DNA of 64,000 nt from Octopus vulgaris (taxonomy: Eukaryota). The translations under genes and the position numbers were made by a program. The notes under the pieces were generated by a model, which saw nothing but the letters and a program-made list of their open reading frames with translations, was not told the DNA's origin and did no database searches. The stretch covers positions 56,730,001 through 56,794,000 of the forward strand of contig OX597815.1 of the NCBI GenBank assembly GCA_951406725.2. The letters run 5' to 3'. Shown here piece by piece: positions 1 to 12,808 of this stretch; position 1 is the stretch's first letter; the number at the start of each line of letters is the position of its first letter.

Positions 1-439
1 TTTCATTTTTACCAAATAATTTAGGAAAATGAATGGGTTATTTCCCTTGGGTATATATAAGGATCCCTTCCAGGGGCCCTATTATCGATTTTTTTTCCCA
101 CAATCTGAGTATCTCATGAGATTTCCAGACATGAATTCTATTCACATGTCATGTTTCATCAAAATCAATAAAATGATGTAGGAGTTAGTTAACAACTCCA
201 CAAACACACCCACCGACAGAATTACCCACATATGTAGATATGTGTGTGTGCATATGTATATATATATACTGTTGTGTCTGGGGAGAGTCATTCCCTTTTA
301 GTGTCTTATAATTCAATGCACTCACCAGTAAAGTTTCCACTCATTTACTTATTTATTTTTCTAAAATTTTCGTTGTGTCTTACAACCCTTTCAATAGTTA
401 TTGATTCTGTCCATTACCCAAGCTGTGTGCTTTTTGTTT

Positions 440-521
440 GTACGCATGTGTGTGGGTCAGTGTGTGTGCATATACATGTATGTATATATGTATGTATGTA
501 TGCATGCATGTGTGTGTGCGC

Positions 522-567
<46 letters not shown>

Positions 568-587
568 TAGATAGATAGATAGATATA
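440..587. repeat. Compound (TG)n/(TATG)n/(TA)n/(GATA)n microsatellite
   Basis: Directly visible simple repeats; they explain the YIYIY/CVCV ORFs in the track. Confidence 0.95.
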
Positions 588-589
588 AG

Positions 590-1590
590 GCTCATGGCAC
601 TGGGGTGATGTCAGTATATGGTGTTGCCAAAAATCGATAATTGCGCCTGAGCAGTGGTTTTATAAACTCAGTAGGCTTTTTGTGTGCAAATAACCATAGG
701 AATTTTATTTTTCACTGTAACTTTTATATTTTTTATCCAATTTTAATGAAATTTGAGATGTAGGTAAATTTTCTGATGTGGGAGATGGTGAAGGTGCTTA
801 TTTAATTCAAAAGGGCTTGGAAAGGGCACAGATGCAAATACACATTTCCTTAGAGACAAACGATTTTGTAGAAATTTTACACGTGATTATAGTTCATGTC
901 CATTAGTTTATGCCAGCATGAAGAGTTGACAAAAAATCGATAATTTGCGAGTTTTTTGTATGCAATTACCCATAGGATTAATATTTTATGCTGTAACTTT
1001 TACAGCATTCATCCGATTTTGGTGAAATTTGACATTTAGGTAAAGTTTATGGTCGGAGTCATGTAGTAGAATTAAAATTAAACTGGTGAAAGGCAGAAAT
1101 CGTCAAAATTCACTCACAATAAAATAACGATCTGATTTTAAAGAAAATTGACCTATGAGTAAAATGAAGCTCTCCGACATATGAAACATCAATTATTTAT
1201 ATAATGTATAGGGATTTAAAAGTCAATAGGATATTTTCATGTGAATGATCACATGGATTCAATTTTATGACATAACCTTAACACTTTTCTACAGATTTTG
1301 CTGAGATTGGATATGCTGATCAATTTTGTACAGAGGGTGGCATTAAGGAGAGAGAAATAAACAAACATCGCTCTCAACGGGTTGAGGTACACTCAAAAGT
1401 TTGCGTTTTCAGACAGTCCAGTATGTAGGAGTATGTCGAAAGCATTAACTGGGTAAAATCCCTGCTGCACCAGATAAAACATCTTTATGGGTAATAGTTG
1501 GCATGGAGAACATAAAAGAATTCAGTACAAGGTCAGAGATGGGCTTAACTTCATCACGGAAAACACAAGCAATGCCAGATCCAACACCTA
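590..1590. repeat. Unclassified non-coding interspersed repeat between two (TA)n tracts
   Basis: Internally duplicated block (aaaaatcgataatt...accataggaatt...ctgtaactttta...atccaattt..tgaaattt at ~630-790 and ~930-1050); no ORF. Confidence 0.45.
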
Positions 1591-1621
<31 letters not shown>

Positions 1622-2110
1622 CGAGCAGAGTTACCCGGCATAGTCCGTGTTACATACAATTGAAGAATTAGACTTTTCTGTAATGAACTGGAATACCTAT
1701 GTTTCAAATTTCATGAAAATTGCAGATGTGAGTTATTTCCCTCTTTACACACCCTAAAAAAATTGTAATCGTGCTACATGTATCCCATACTACTGATTTT
1801 TATGCGCATATTCCAAAATTCCAGTCTTATAGAACCTGTTAAAAGGATTTTGCTCCTGAAAAATGAAGGTCATGGAGCTCTAAAATGTGAGAGTTAAGGC
1901 ACCTATTGGGGATGGGCATCTTAATGTCAACCAGAGAAGTTGAATTGTTGAGAATCTTTTTAACTTGGGTCTTATATCTATTGTTTGAATTTCTTTGAAA
2001 TAGGAAATATATGTTCACTGGGTTTGTAAAAGAGAGCAAAGCTACAGGAGAGAGATAACAGATTTTTAAAATTTTGTCTTTTTACTGAGTGATTGACAGG
2101 CAAAAACAGA
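1622..2110 (-). mobile_element. Non-autonomous Helitron-like element, 3' end at ~1622
   Basis: Minus strand ends cacggactatgccggg-taactctg-CTCG|T, resembling the hairpin+CTAG ends at 3484 and 19795; 5' boundary approximate. Confidence 0.45.
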
Positions 2111-2244
2111 CAGACAGGTGTTGTTATGTATGTATGTATGTATGTATGTATGTATATGTGTGAATGTGGCTTCAGTCACACACACACACGAGCATGTATG
2201 CGTACAAAACACATGTATGCAATGTGTGTGTGTGTGTGTTGCCC

Positions 2245-2285
<41 letters not shown>

Positions 2286-2738
2286 ATATAAATGATATTC
2301 TCCATTTCTCCACAATTAATTTCCAGATTAGCTGAATCCGTTGCTCTACTCATAGCAATATATAGCTAGTCGTGTGTGAACATGGGAGAGAGCAGAGGTT
2401 ACCAGAGCAAAAGACCTACTTGTTGACTGTAGACATGCTCCTTCGCAAATGATCAGCTATTATTTTGTAAACAATGTTTTGAAACTGTTCATGTTTTCGA
2501 AAGGAGAGATCTGACTCTCACATCTCTGTGGGAGAAGGTAGGTCTCCCTATTCCACTTACAAAACTTACGTCTGGGTGCCAAATTTGCTTCAATTGATGG
2601 TATTACTCGGGTAGGAGGTGGTGGTGGGACAGGGGCAGGGGCAAAGGTGTGCAAAAATATGTATGCAATAGGTGTATGTTCGTATATGTGTGTGTGTGTG
2701 AGTATGTGTGTGTTGCCCATATATATATATATATATAC

Positions 2739-3484
2739 TTAGTTGTGATCTGAACATAACCACTCCTCATGCAGAGTATAGGGGGCCCTTTTGGGCGTTC
2801 TATTTTCCTTGCTGGAAGGGTTCCCAACCCATGAGCAAAATGGGGTTACATGATTGGGCTGGTGTTTTCAAGGTTGGCATATGCAACCTGATTGCCTCTG
2901 CCAGTCAAACTCCCAACCCATGCGCTCCCGTCATGACACTGATTCTGCAGAACTGGGTTGGGTATGAAAGTCAACTTTAAAGTATAAATATAGATGTTTT
3001 TGAATCAGCAATGTTCGGTTAAGTCCTATTTGGGGTGAAAAATCAATAAGGTGATTCTTTATGGGGTTTTCCATTTAATCAGGATAAACCGATTCCTTAT
3101 AGGACTTCCCACTAAAATTCGCTACACCCCATTTTCAACCATAATGTCTACCAATTCTGATGTATTTTGTTCAAACTTGATGCCAGCATTACTTAGGACT
3201 TAGGACTCATGGGATCTTTGAATGCTTTAAGTTCTCCAAAAACGAAAAAAAAAAAACAAAAAAAAAACAAAAAAACAATCGATGAGTGGAAAAAAATCGA
3301 TAAACTGATTCCTTATGGGATTTCCCAATCAAATTGTCTGCAAAATTTCAGCCAAAAGTTTACCAATTTCAATGGATTTCACTTAAATTTGATGTCGATG
3401 TTACTTAGTTTGCTTTGAAATAAAGAGCTTGATTAGCTTAATAATCCTAACTTAATCCCGAGCAAAGCCGGGCTATACTGCTAG
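2739..3484 (+). mobile_element. Non-autonomous Helitron, 3' ~750 bp
   Basis: Ends cccgagcaaagccggg-ctatactg-CTAG|T (GC hairpin + CTAG); homologous over its length to 19071-19795. Confidence 0.75.
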
Positions 3485-3564
3485 TCCGTATTACTTTTGT
3501 GTGTCTTTATTTGATTTGTTATTTCTTGTTCCTGTATAGTAAAACCATATCCTTTGGTCATCGT

Positions 3565-3790
3565 TGTTGTTGTTATCATCATTTGATGGCTGTTTTCCAT
3601 GTTGTCGTGGGCTAGACAGGGAGCTAGTGAGTCTGAGGACCGCATTAAGCTTTACTGTCTGCTTAGGCAAGGTTTCTATGACTGGATGCCCTTCCTAATG
3701 CCAACCACTTTACTGAGCATACTGGATACTTTTTTATGAGGCACCAGCACTGACTAGGTCATCAAGTAACTTGGAAGATAAAGACCTCTC
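3565..3790 (+). mobile_element. RTE-related SINE (CATCAT...GGATGCCCTTCCTAATGCCAACCAC family), decayed
   Basis: Same motifs as 17978-18319 and 43990-44428. Strand refers to the orientation of the quoted motif. Confidence 0.7.
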
Positions 3791-5260
3791 AAATGAGAGG
3801 AAGAGTGGTATTGAGGGAGTTGGCTTTGTGTTAGGTGATTAGTAATTAAACTATGATAGAGGGACAGAAGCAGGTGTCTTGATGTAGAGGTGATACATGG
3901 TTATCCCAGTTGGAGGAGAGAGAGAGGGGGAGGGAGGGAGAAAAGATGGTCGTGAAAATGTGACTGAGCATATCCTCAAGGTACAGAGAGGTGAGTGAAA
4001 TGATACAGAGGATTGGTCAGGATGAGTAAGCAGGGAGCCCATGAGAGTTTAAAAGAGTAGGAAATAAAGGGAAGGAGGGAGATAAATGCACTACAGGGTG
4101 ATGAACACACACACATATGCATATAAGGGTTGTATATATAGAGAGAAGAGGGATAGTTGGCAAGGGGAGAGTACAGGAGAGGGAGATGACAAGGCAGAGT
4201 TGGGCTGCTGGATCAGGGGGAACAGAGTCAAGCATAGTACATGATGAGATGTAGTTTGGTTCATTGGTGTGATGGGATGAATTTATGTAATGTTTGGTTG
4301 GAGAGTACACAATGGTTCCAGAACTCAGTTTGGCTAAGGAGGGTGGGACTTCTCAAGAATCTCATATTGTCATACATTCTAATCCATTGTAATGTCCTCC
4401 ATAAGACTCAATATCTTGAGATCAGCTCTCACTACATCATCCCACACAAGTTGTTTTCTTTTGTAGGGACAATCCACTTTAAGTGATCAGCTTTCTTCAT
4501 CCATATGCATCACATAACCAAACCATTACAGTCTTCTTTCTTGCATGCTACATCTGATTCTTCTTATGCCTAACTTTTCTCACAACACATTCGCTCTTTT
4601 GTGGTACATGTTCTCTGATGTTTCACATCCATCATAACATGCTAGTTTCATTCCTCTCCAGTTTTTGCATGTCCTCTGCATTCAGGACCCACATTTCACT
4701 AGTAAGAAACATAACCATTTGTACATAAGCATTATACAATCTGCCTTTTATTCTAAGAGAAAAGTTTTTGTTGCCATCAGAGGTAAGGGCTCTCTGAATT
4801 TTCTCCATCCTATTCTTATCTTAGCAACTCTACTTTCAGAATATCATCCTCCACTGCTAATTTGATCATTTAGGTAAATATCTGCAACCTCTAGGGAGCC
4901 TCCTGGGTATTTGAGAAAATTTAATTCCCACGTGTCCATAGTGCTTATTGTTTCTGCTTATCTGCCACATACAGAGACTACTTTTATTGATAACCAGTCT
5001 GTGATTCCACTGCACCTCATATATGTCCATAGCTTTCAGTTGGTGTATTGAATGGAATTTCTTCTAATATGTTTCTTACATATTGTGCAGGACCATTAAC
5101 CTGACAGACAGAGTGTCTTATTTACTTTATTGCTGATTACAACTTTGGCCCTTTGATTCCAGGTTTTGTTTCCATACCTGGAGTTTCTTTTCCAATGCTG
5201 CTGCAGTTTCTGCTTTAAGAACAAGGTCATCAGCATATAGTAGTTCTCATGGGTGCCCAT
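3790..5260 (-). mobile_element. 5'-truncated RTE-clade LINE (RT C-terminal half and 3' tail)
   Basis: Minus-strand 5258-5221 reads GHP*ELLYADDLV (RT YADD motif); similar to 32990-33780. Confidence 0.8.
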
Positions 5261-5264
5261 TTGT

Positions 5265-5520
5265 GAGTGAGGAATGTGTGCAAATGGTTAATGGCTTGCT
5301 TGCATCTATGTGTGTCTTTGTGGTTTTGTTTGTACCCCATCACTGCTTGGCAGTCCATATTCATTTGTTTACATCCCTGTAACTTGGTGGTTCAGCCTAA
5401 GAAACTGATAGAATATACATGAGGCTTTAAAAAAATTAATTACTGGATCTATTTGTTTGGCAAAAACCATTCAAGGCAGTACCCCAACATACCCAATGAC
5501 TGAAACATGTAAAAGAAATA
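5265..5520 (+). mobile_element. Decayed SINE body and tail
   Basis: Ends ...caatgactgaaacatgtaaaaga, the reverse complement of the tail of the 6827-7211 SINE. Confidence 0.7.
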
Positions 5521-6826
5521 AATATATAAAACAAACTTTAGAATAATGTGAATTTACATGAAGTTTTGAAGCTTTAATTATATAGCTACTTCTCATCTTT
5601 TTGGCTGTTTTCCACATCCTTATAAAAAATTGAAATACAATTACATTTTTTAATTCATGTTAGCTATATTCATTGGTATATAAAGATATGTTATTGAGTT
5701 ATTGTTGTTTTTTTAAAGTACATAATTTGAACAACTTGAACAGGCTGTAAATGTTAATTGTTATCAGTTTAAAACAAGCTTCTTTGATTAGAGTAACTAA
5801 CTTACATTTCACTGCTGCTGCTTGAATTTGTTCACTGTCAGCCAAGCAACTTGCCAATGAGAAAAAAGATAGCCAGTTAGAGGAAGTACTGATAAAACAG
5901 TTTATTTATATCTACATAGTTTATTGTATTTCAAATGCTGCTATTTTTGAGTATATTTTGCTAAGAAGAAAGCTACAATTCAAACTCACAAACAGGAAAA
6001 AAAAATCATTAAAACTGATACTTATAAATAATAAAGGAAAATCTTGAAAGATATTTGTAAAATAAAAATAAAATGAAACAAAAAGCAAGCCAATAAAGAT
6101 GAGAAAAATATGAAATAGGATTATTCATTCTTCAGAGACTATTTAATCTTTCCTTGGTGAGCAAAATATTTTAAACTATTAAATTAATATTCTTTATTAT
6201 TTTTTATTATGTAGATTTAGCTAAAATAAGCAGAATATTATAATTTTAATACTAAATGATGTTTACTTTGTAGATATTAACTGTAGATGTGAAACTATTT
6301 CAAGAATTCAAAATGCAGATGTTTTCATTTTATATCCAAGTATTTAAGGCAATATGGGCATTTAGATAAGAATAGTGACTATGATGGTAACAAAGATCAG
6401 TAGGAAAATGGCAGGAGTGACATTGACAACTGTGATATTTTTCAAATTGATGACTTAATTTATAGGAGAGTAATAATGTGATGTTATAATATTTATGTAT
6501 TTCTGAAGTTTCTGTAGTAGTAAAAGAAGAAAAATTAAAACAAAGTAAATTTGTTTTTTATTAATAACATTAGTATTAAAATATTTTTTTGATATATAAT
6601 TAATTTTAATAACCTTTTATTGTTTGTAAAACAAATCCTTTATTTTATTGGTTACTGTTTGCTCCTTGTAGCTATAGTATGGTTTCTTAAAATATTTTTT
6701 TTTTCTTTTAAAACCAAATCGTCTTAGCCTCTTGAGCTAAGATTGAAAATAAAGTTGAATGACTTTTTGGTGTGTATGTGAGGATAAAGGCTATTGTTTT
6801 AAGCAAGGTTTCTCTTTAAGAGGACC

Positions 6827-7211
6827 ACTCTTTACTCTTTACTCTTTTACTTGTTTCAGTCATTTGACTGCAGCCATGCTGGAGCACCACCTTTAGTCGA
6901 GCAAATCAACCCCAGGACTTATTCTTTGGAAGCCTAGTACTTATTCTATCAGTCTCTTTTGCCGAACAGCTAAGTTATGGGGACGTAAACACACCACCAT
7001 CGGTTGTCAAGTGATGTTGGAAGGACAAACATACACACACACATACATATATACGGGTTTCTTTCAGTTTCCATCTACTAAATCCACTTACAAGGCTTTG
7101 GTCAGCCCGAGGCTATAGTAGAAGATACTTGCACAAGGTCCCACACAGTGGAAATGAACCCGGAACCATGTGGTTGGTAAGCAAGCTACTTACCACACAG
7201 CCACTCCTGCA
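6827..7211 (-). mobile_element. tRNA-derived SINE, full length
   Basis: Minus strand has a box A (TGGCTGTGTGG) / box B (GGTTCATTTCC) head and an (AGAGTAA)n tail; near-identical to 50749-51127. Confidence 0.9.
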
Positions 7212-7326
7212 CCAGTATAATGAAGACACAAAAACAATTTCACTTGTCCATCACAACTTCCAAATCATAAACTTTGTGTTTCATTGCAAACACCAATAAT
7301 ATTGTTTGTTTCAAAATGTATTACCC

Positions 7327-7495
7327 AAAAGATCCAATGGTTAAAGCATCAAATCACTGATCAATATGATCAGGACATGTAGCAAGAATGGAAAAGTTAA
7401 GGTTCCCACATCAAGTCTTACTCAGCAAGCTCACTTCAGGGAAACGACCATGGGGTTGCCCTCTTCAAAAATACAAGGACCGACTCAAAGCAACT
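7327..7495 (+). mobile_element. RTE fragment, inverted copy of 7826-7992
   Basis: Peptide MEKLRFPHQVLLSKLTSGKRPWGCPLQKYKDRLKAT; reverse complement of 7826-7992 with scattered mismatches. Confidence 0.85.
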
Positions 7496-7499
7496 GGAC

Positions 7500-10400
7500 T
7501 TGCAGAATATCGTCATCAGCTTTATCTTGTATCCAAGAATTTAATTTCTTCTTTCCTGATTGTTTCCTTTATAGTGATGGTGTTGATGACCAAGTAGACC
7601 AATTCTTGCAAAGAAGAGTCGATGGCATTGACTGCATGGTAATGTTGATGGAGGATGAGTTTTGTTGATTTTGTTGAGCGCTTCTCTCTAGCTGTTTGAC
7701 TTCTTCCTTTTCTCTTCTGGTGGTTTCAAAGATTTTTGTTCTGATGGTGATGGAATACCACCAGTTGGTATTGTCTCAAGCTTGTGTTTCAAACAATTTA
7801 ATTTCAAGTTCAGTTGCTTTCAGTGTTGCTTTGAGTTGGTCCTTGTATTTTTGAAGAGGGCAACACCATAGTCATTTCCCTGATGTGAACTTGCTGAATA
7901 AGACTTGAAGTGGGAACCTTGACTTTTCCATTCTTGTTACATGTCCTGAACATATTGATCAGTGATTTGATGTTTTAACTGTTGGATCTTTTTCAGACTT
8001 TGTTGTTGGTCACGTAGTATTCCCATTTGATATTCAAGATTGAATGAAGCTTTTGATGGTGAGAGCTTTCTAAGTTTTTGGTGTTGCAATGATATAGAGT
8101 CCAGGTTTTGCAACCATATAGCAAGATTGAAATGACAACAGCATTATAGACCATAATTTTTGTTAAGTTCAGGTCTTTGTTGTTAATGATGCATTTGATT
8201 GGTTTTCCAAATGCCCCATGTGCAGCTCCAGTTTCGTGTTCCACATCCTTTTCTGATTGCACTTGTTTGATAAAAGCTGTCTAAAGACAGTAATATAAAG
8301 ATTCAGTGATGGTAATATCAAATCTGATAAGATGGTATTTATGGCTGGCTTTACAAGGACCTTGGTTTTCTTGATATTTACTGTAAAGTCAAAGCCATGG
8401 TAGGCCATAGTTGTTCTTCTTTTGAATGACAGAGGATAGTGTTGTCATTAGCATCTTGAAGTTCTGAAATGTTTTGATTTGTGATAGATGTTTAAATCAA
8501 ATAATGCTAAGATGAAGAGTTCTCCGTCATATCAATATCTGAATGTCAACTCCTGGATAATCTGGAGGAAGTTTGTGAAGCATTGCAGCTAGTTACCAGG
8601 AGAATATGGTAGGTTCAAAGATGCATCCTTGTTTTAGACTACACATGACAGGAAATTCTTCTAATAGTTTGTTTGGTAGAATATATGTCCAGACATATTG
8701 TCATGTATTGCTTGAAACACAGAGGTAAGATAGTTGAAACATCCAAAATGATGAAGAATCTCTCACATAGTAGCTTTTGGAATGCTACCAAGGGCCTTTT
8801 CTAAGTCATAGAAAACAAGGAAAGCAGGTTTTTGTTGTTCCCTGCTTTTCTCTTGAAGTTACCTTCCACAGAAAACCATGTCAATTGTGCTATGAGAGGC
8901 ATGGAATCCACACTGAGATTCTGGTGGGCCATTTCAGTGATGGCTTAGAGCTGATTTAGAAAGATCCTGGCAAAGACTCTTCCAGTGATGGAAAGTAATG
9001 ATATTCATTTATAGTTCCCACAGGCATTTCAGTCATCTTTGTGGAAGATGATTATGATGACTGCACCTTTCAGTTCTTCAGGAATGTGTTGGGATTCCCA
9101 CATCTTCAGGATGAGGGTGAAGATGCAGGTTTGCAAGGAAAAGCCTACATGTTTGATCAGTCTGAAAGGATTGTTATCTGGGCCTGGGGACATATTTTTG
9201 ATTTCATTTGCTTCATCGCTTGCATAAAGCAAAGGAGTTTCTATTTAGGAGGGTGGAAAACGTTCCTTCCAGTGTAGGAGTATATCTTGTGGATTGATTA
9301 GTATGTCTGTATTGTCAGCTGCTAGAAGGGATCCATTTGATGTTTGTACTGGTCCACACAGTTGTTTCATTCCAACATAGAAATTTCTGAGATCATTTGC
9401 ATTTGAATAACCCTGAAGTTCAACTGCTTTTCGTTAGCACCAAAGATTCTACAGTTCTCTTAGTTTTGTTTGACACTACTATTTTAGCTTCGTTTTTAGT
9501 TTGGATCTTTGGCCTTATTCATGAGCCAGACGAGGTTGTTGATTTCAATATTGTTTTCATAAAACCAGTCCTGATTTTGTCTTGGTGAAGCTGATGACAG
9601 TGTTTGCTATTTTTATCACAAATTGTTCCCCATTCTTCATCAACAGATTGGTCATTGACTGGATTAGAACTAAGTCCCTGACTTAGTTTTGAGATATCAT
9701 ATTTTCAATGAGATGGGGTTGATGTTGCATTCTTGATGAATAGTGATTCTCGTGCATGTGGTAACAAAGTGATCTGTCCAAGCAGTTGTTGGCATTAAGG
9801 CCTACTTTGGTGATGAGGATGTCTACTGTATGATGGCATAGTCTATTAGGTGCCAATGTTTGGATCAGGATGCATTCATGTGATATTGAAGCATGTTGGA
9901 GGTTGAAGCTGTGTATCTATTCCATGCATAGACCTAGTAACAGATGTCTGTTGGAGTTGCAATTCCCAATGACATTTTCTTATAGGTGATGATCTTTTCC
10001 TACCCTTGCATTGAAATAACAAGAGTTTATCCTTTGGTGGTATGTTGACAATGATGTTATTTAATTGTTGGTAAAATTGATACTTTGCTTCTTCATCAGC
10101 ATCAAGAATTGGAGCCTAAGCAGAAATGAGAGTGATGTAATTCTCTTTAGGAAGTGGGAAACAAAGAGTCATTAGCTATTCGTTGATGGCAGTTGATATT
10201 AAAAGCAAAACTGACGCCTTGAATTCTTCTTTCCCCTTCATACTTGCCTTTCCAAAAAAAATGTATGGCCAGAACCAGTTTCTTCAAGTCTTCCCACTCC
10301 TGAAAGCTATGTTTCACTCATTGCTGTGATGTACACATTGAGTCTAGCCAGTTCTTTTGAGACTAGAGCAGTGCATCTTTCTGGTCTGTTGGTTTTGTCA

Positions 10401-11200
10401 ATGTTGAGAAGAGTTCTAACATTCCCTGTTCCAAAGATCATATTGATAGTTTTAAGTTTGTTGTTGTTTTGACTGCATGATAGGTGGCCTGCCAAGTGTG
10501 GTTACTCAGCCACACAGTGGTAGCGACTTCTGATGTTTGGTCAACCTTTTCTAGGACCTTTCCACATTGAGGTGGGCAGTGATATTCCTAGTCAGGCCTA
10601 CCCAGACGCAAATGCACGACTAGACTCCTATGTAGTCATTGGATCTTAGGAGGGTCACCATCACACATCACTGCCAACATGCAGATTCAGAACTAGAAGC
10701 TTCCAGTTTCACCAAAACTTGCTCCCATCATTGATTCCATTGCACTTTGCAAGAGTTGATTCGAGGTGAAGGAAAATAAAATTAAAGTGCTGATGGTGTG
10801 AATTTGTTTAAGGTAGACCTCATCTTGCTAGGAAGTGACCCACATACTTGATTTCACGACTTTCCTCTGCAGCACATATCAAAAAAGACATGCAAGCTCC
10901 AGTTATGAAATGGCAATGTACTGCTACTGACCAGGATATGGTTTCAAGTGCTGCCTTCTGTATTATGTCTGTCATGCATAGCCCTGTTCATCCACTGGTT
11001 CAACTGTTGAGATCTGTTGTAATCCTCATCCACTTGTTCCACCATTGGGGTCTTCGGGGGTAGGGGTCATTTGTACTTAGTCTGAGTCTTCATCTTTGAC
11101 CATGCTGCTAAGAGTGACCCTACCAGAAGCTTAGAATTCCTGATGGCATTCCTCTCAAAGTCATTGGTCCATGTAAGCTCCTCCACCACGAAGGAGGGGT
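7500..11200 (-). mobile_element. Near full-length decayed RTE-BovB-like LINE (APE endonuclease + RT)
   Basis: IFGTGNVRTLL...ELARLNVYITAMSET (APE N-terminus, 10307-10495); SPGPDNNP...AVIIIIFHK (RT start); VYNAVVISILLYGCKTWTLY (RTE C-terminus); RTE-type 5' UTR to ~11200; many stops and frameshifts. Confidence 0.9.
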
Positions 11201-11297
11201 ACAGAATATATACATACATGTGTAAATAAATTACTCATTTCTCACAAAAATAGGAAATATTCATATCCACTCTGATGGAACATGATAACCTATGTTG

Positions 11298-12808
11298 AAG
11301 CTTACATTTGGCCAAAATCTTCCAATGGATGTTGTAATTGACACCTTTATCTTTTAATGACCATATATGATTGGATAATTTTGTCGCTTTCCTTTTGTTC
11401 CAGTCCCTAAAACTTAAGGTGTGGTTATTGAACCTGGCCTTGAAATTATCCTCTGTAAGGCCCACGTATTTCTTCATCGAAACGGTATCTTTAGTGGTTA
11501 TAGAGTCCATGGTAGCTTCATAGATGATGGTCTCGGACATGCAAGCTCCATTTAGTGGGCACAATTTTTTATTCCTGCATGAACAGCTGTTTTCTTGTTG
11601 TGGTTTTTGTGTGTTATGTGCGATTATATTTTTAAAATTGGTAATTGAACTAAAACTAATTTTTAAATTGTGTTTATTGAATAGCTTCCTATAAGTATGG
11701 TTAACTGGAAAATGTCTTTCTATCAGTGCTAAGAAATATTTACCTATATTGAAGGTCACCTCGGGTGAGTAAGGGGGTGTAAACCAGATGATCTTCCTAT
11801 TTCTATTTTTCCTCTTCTTTACTGTTGGGCTAGTAACAGGTGTATATTTTATTTTTTCGCTAAAACCACTATCATTTAAAGCCTTATTATATACTTATTA
11901 TATATACTTATAATATATACTTATTATATACTATTAAAAATGTTCTTATCGGAGGAGAAGCTAGAAATTGTCTTACTAATATTTTTAACTAAATTTTTGA
12001 ATACTATTGGGGGATAGCATGAACCTACATTAATATAACTAAGTCTATCATTGGGCTTCCTATAAGGCTTATAAATGTTCTTATTTAGATCTAAGGAAAC
12101 GTCTAGGAAATTGACAACCTTCAGGTTAGTATCTATAGTTATACTAAGTCCGAAGTTCTTCATTAAATGGATAATATCCTTCCTAAAACGATTCTGTGCT
12201 GGTCCATTTGTGTTAGCAGTTAAAGTGAGGGCATCATGTTTGTAGATGGCAAAATATACGTCAGGAAAGGTCTTACCTAATGTATCTAGTAGAAAAAATC
12301 CAATAAGATCGCATATGTCTGCTCCATCATATGACCCCATGCACACATCGAAAGCACCCTGTGTCGGTATTTTTGACCCACTCTGCATTCTCACTGAAAA
12401 GTAAGGTCTTTCTAGCATGGAAGATGATATCCTTATCCTGTGTACTGATTTCTATGAAATCGCTAGCGAAGATGAGGGCTTTATCTAGCAGTTCTTTAGA
12501 GATAGAGGCATAAAAATCAACAATATTGAATTGTGTAAACCTCGCTTTTTTCTTAGACCATTGTACAAGCCTAGTAGTGTCTTAATTTTTGCATTTATTT
12601 TTCCTAAAATTTCTTTACTAATAATCCCAAGTTCTGACTTAACTGGATTGATAAGCCTACATTTAGGGTTGGATAGGAAGTTCTCTGTGGTCTTTGATTG
12701 TAATAAAGGCCTCTTTTTTTGGGAAGGACTTCTATATTTTTATCGAATTTTAGTCTAGCGGCGATAACGCTAGCTACTTTATTAATTTCATTATAGGTCT
12801 TTGGCCTA
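11298..12808 (-). mobile_element. Penelope-like retroelement (probable Naiad clade): RT + GIY-YIG endonuclease, decayed
   Basis: MGSYDGADICDLIG / AIYKHDAL / VNFLDVSLDL (RT); SCSCRNKKLCPLNGAC linker; IIYEAT...KYVGLT..FKARFNNH (GIY-YIG). Confidence 0.9.

Noticed and set aside
355-400. Minus-strand actattgaaagggttgtaagacacaacGAAAattttag, hammerhead-like
   Set aside because: Has a gttg/caac stem and GAAA but no CTGANGA core.
244-595. ORFs rich in YI/CV/HT (also near 2066-2353, 13089-13644, 51394-51915, 56499-57095)
   Set aside because: Translations of TA/TG/CA microsatellites, not genes.
5801-5880. Possible minus-strand micro-exon ending at a GTAAG donor
   Set aside because: Short, ambiguous acceptor, and no recognisable peptide.
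6274-6470. Possible plus-strand exon after tttactttgtAG
   Set aside because: Stops occur in the frames checked before any strong donor; cannot be supported.
7135-7211. tRNA-like sequence (also 51055-51127)
   Set aside because: SINE head with A/B boxes continuing into the SINE body; not a tRNA gene.
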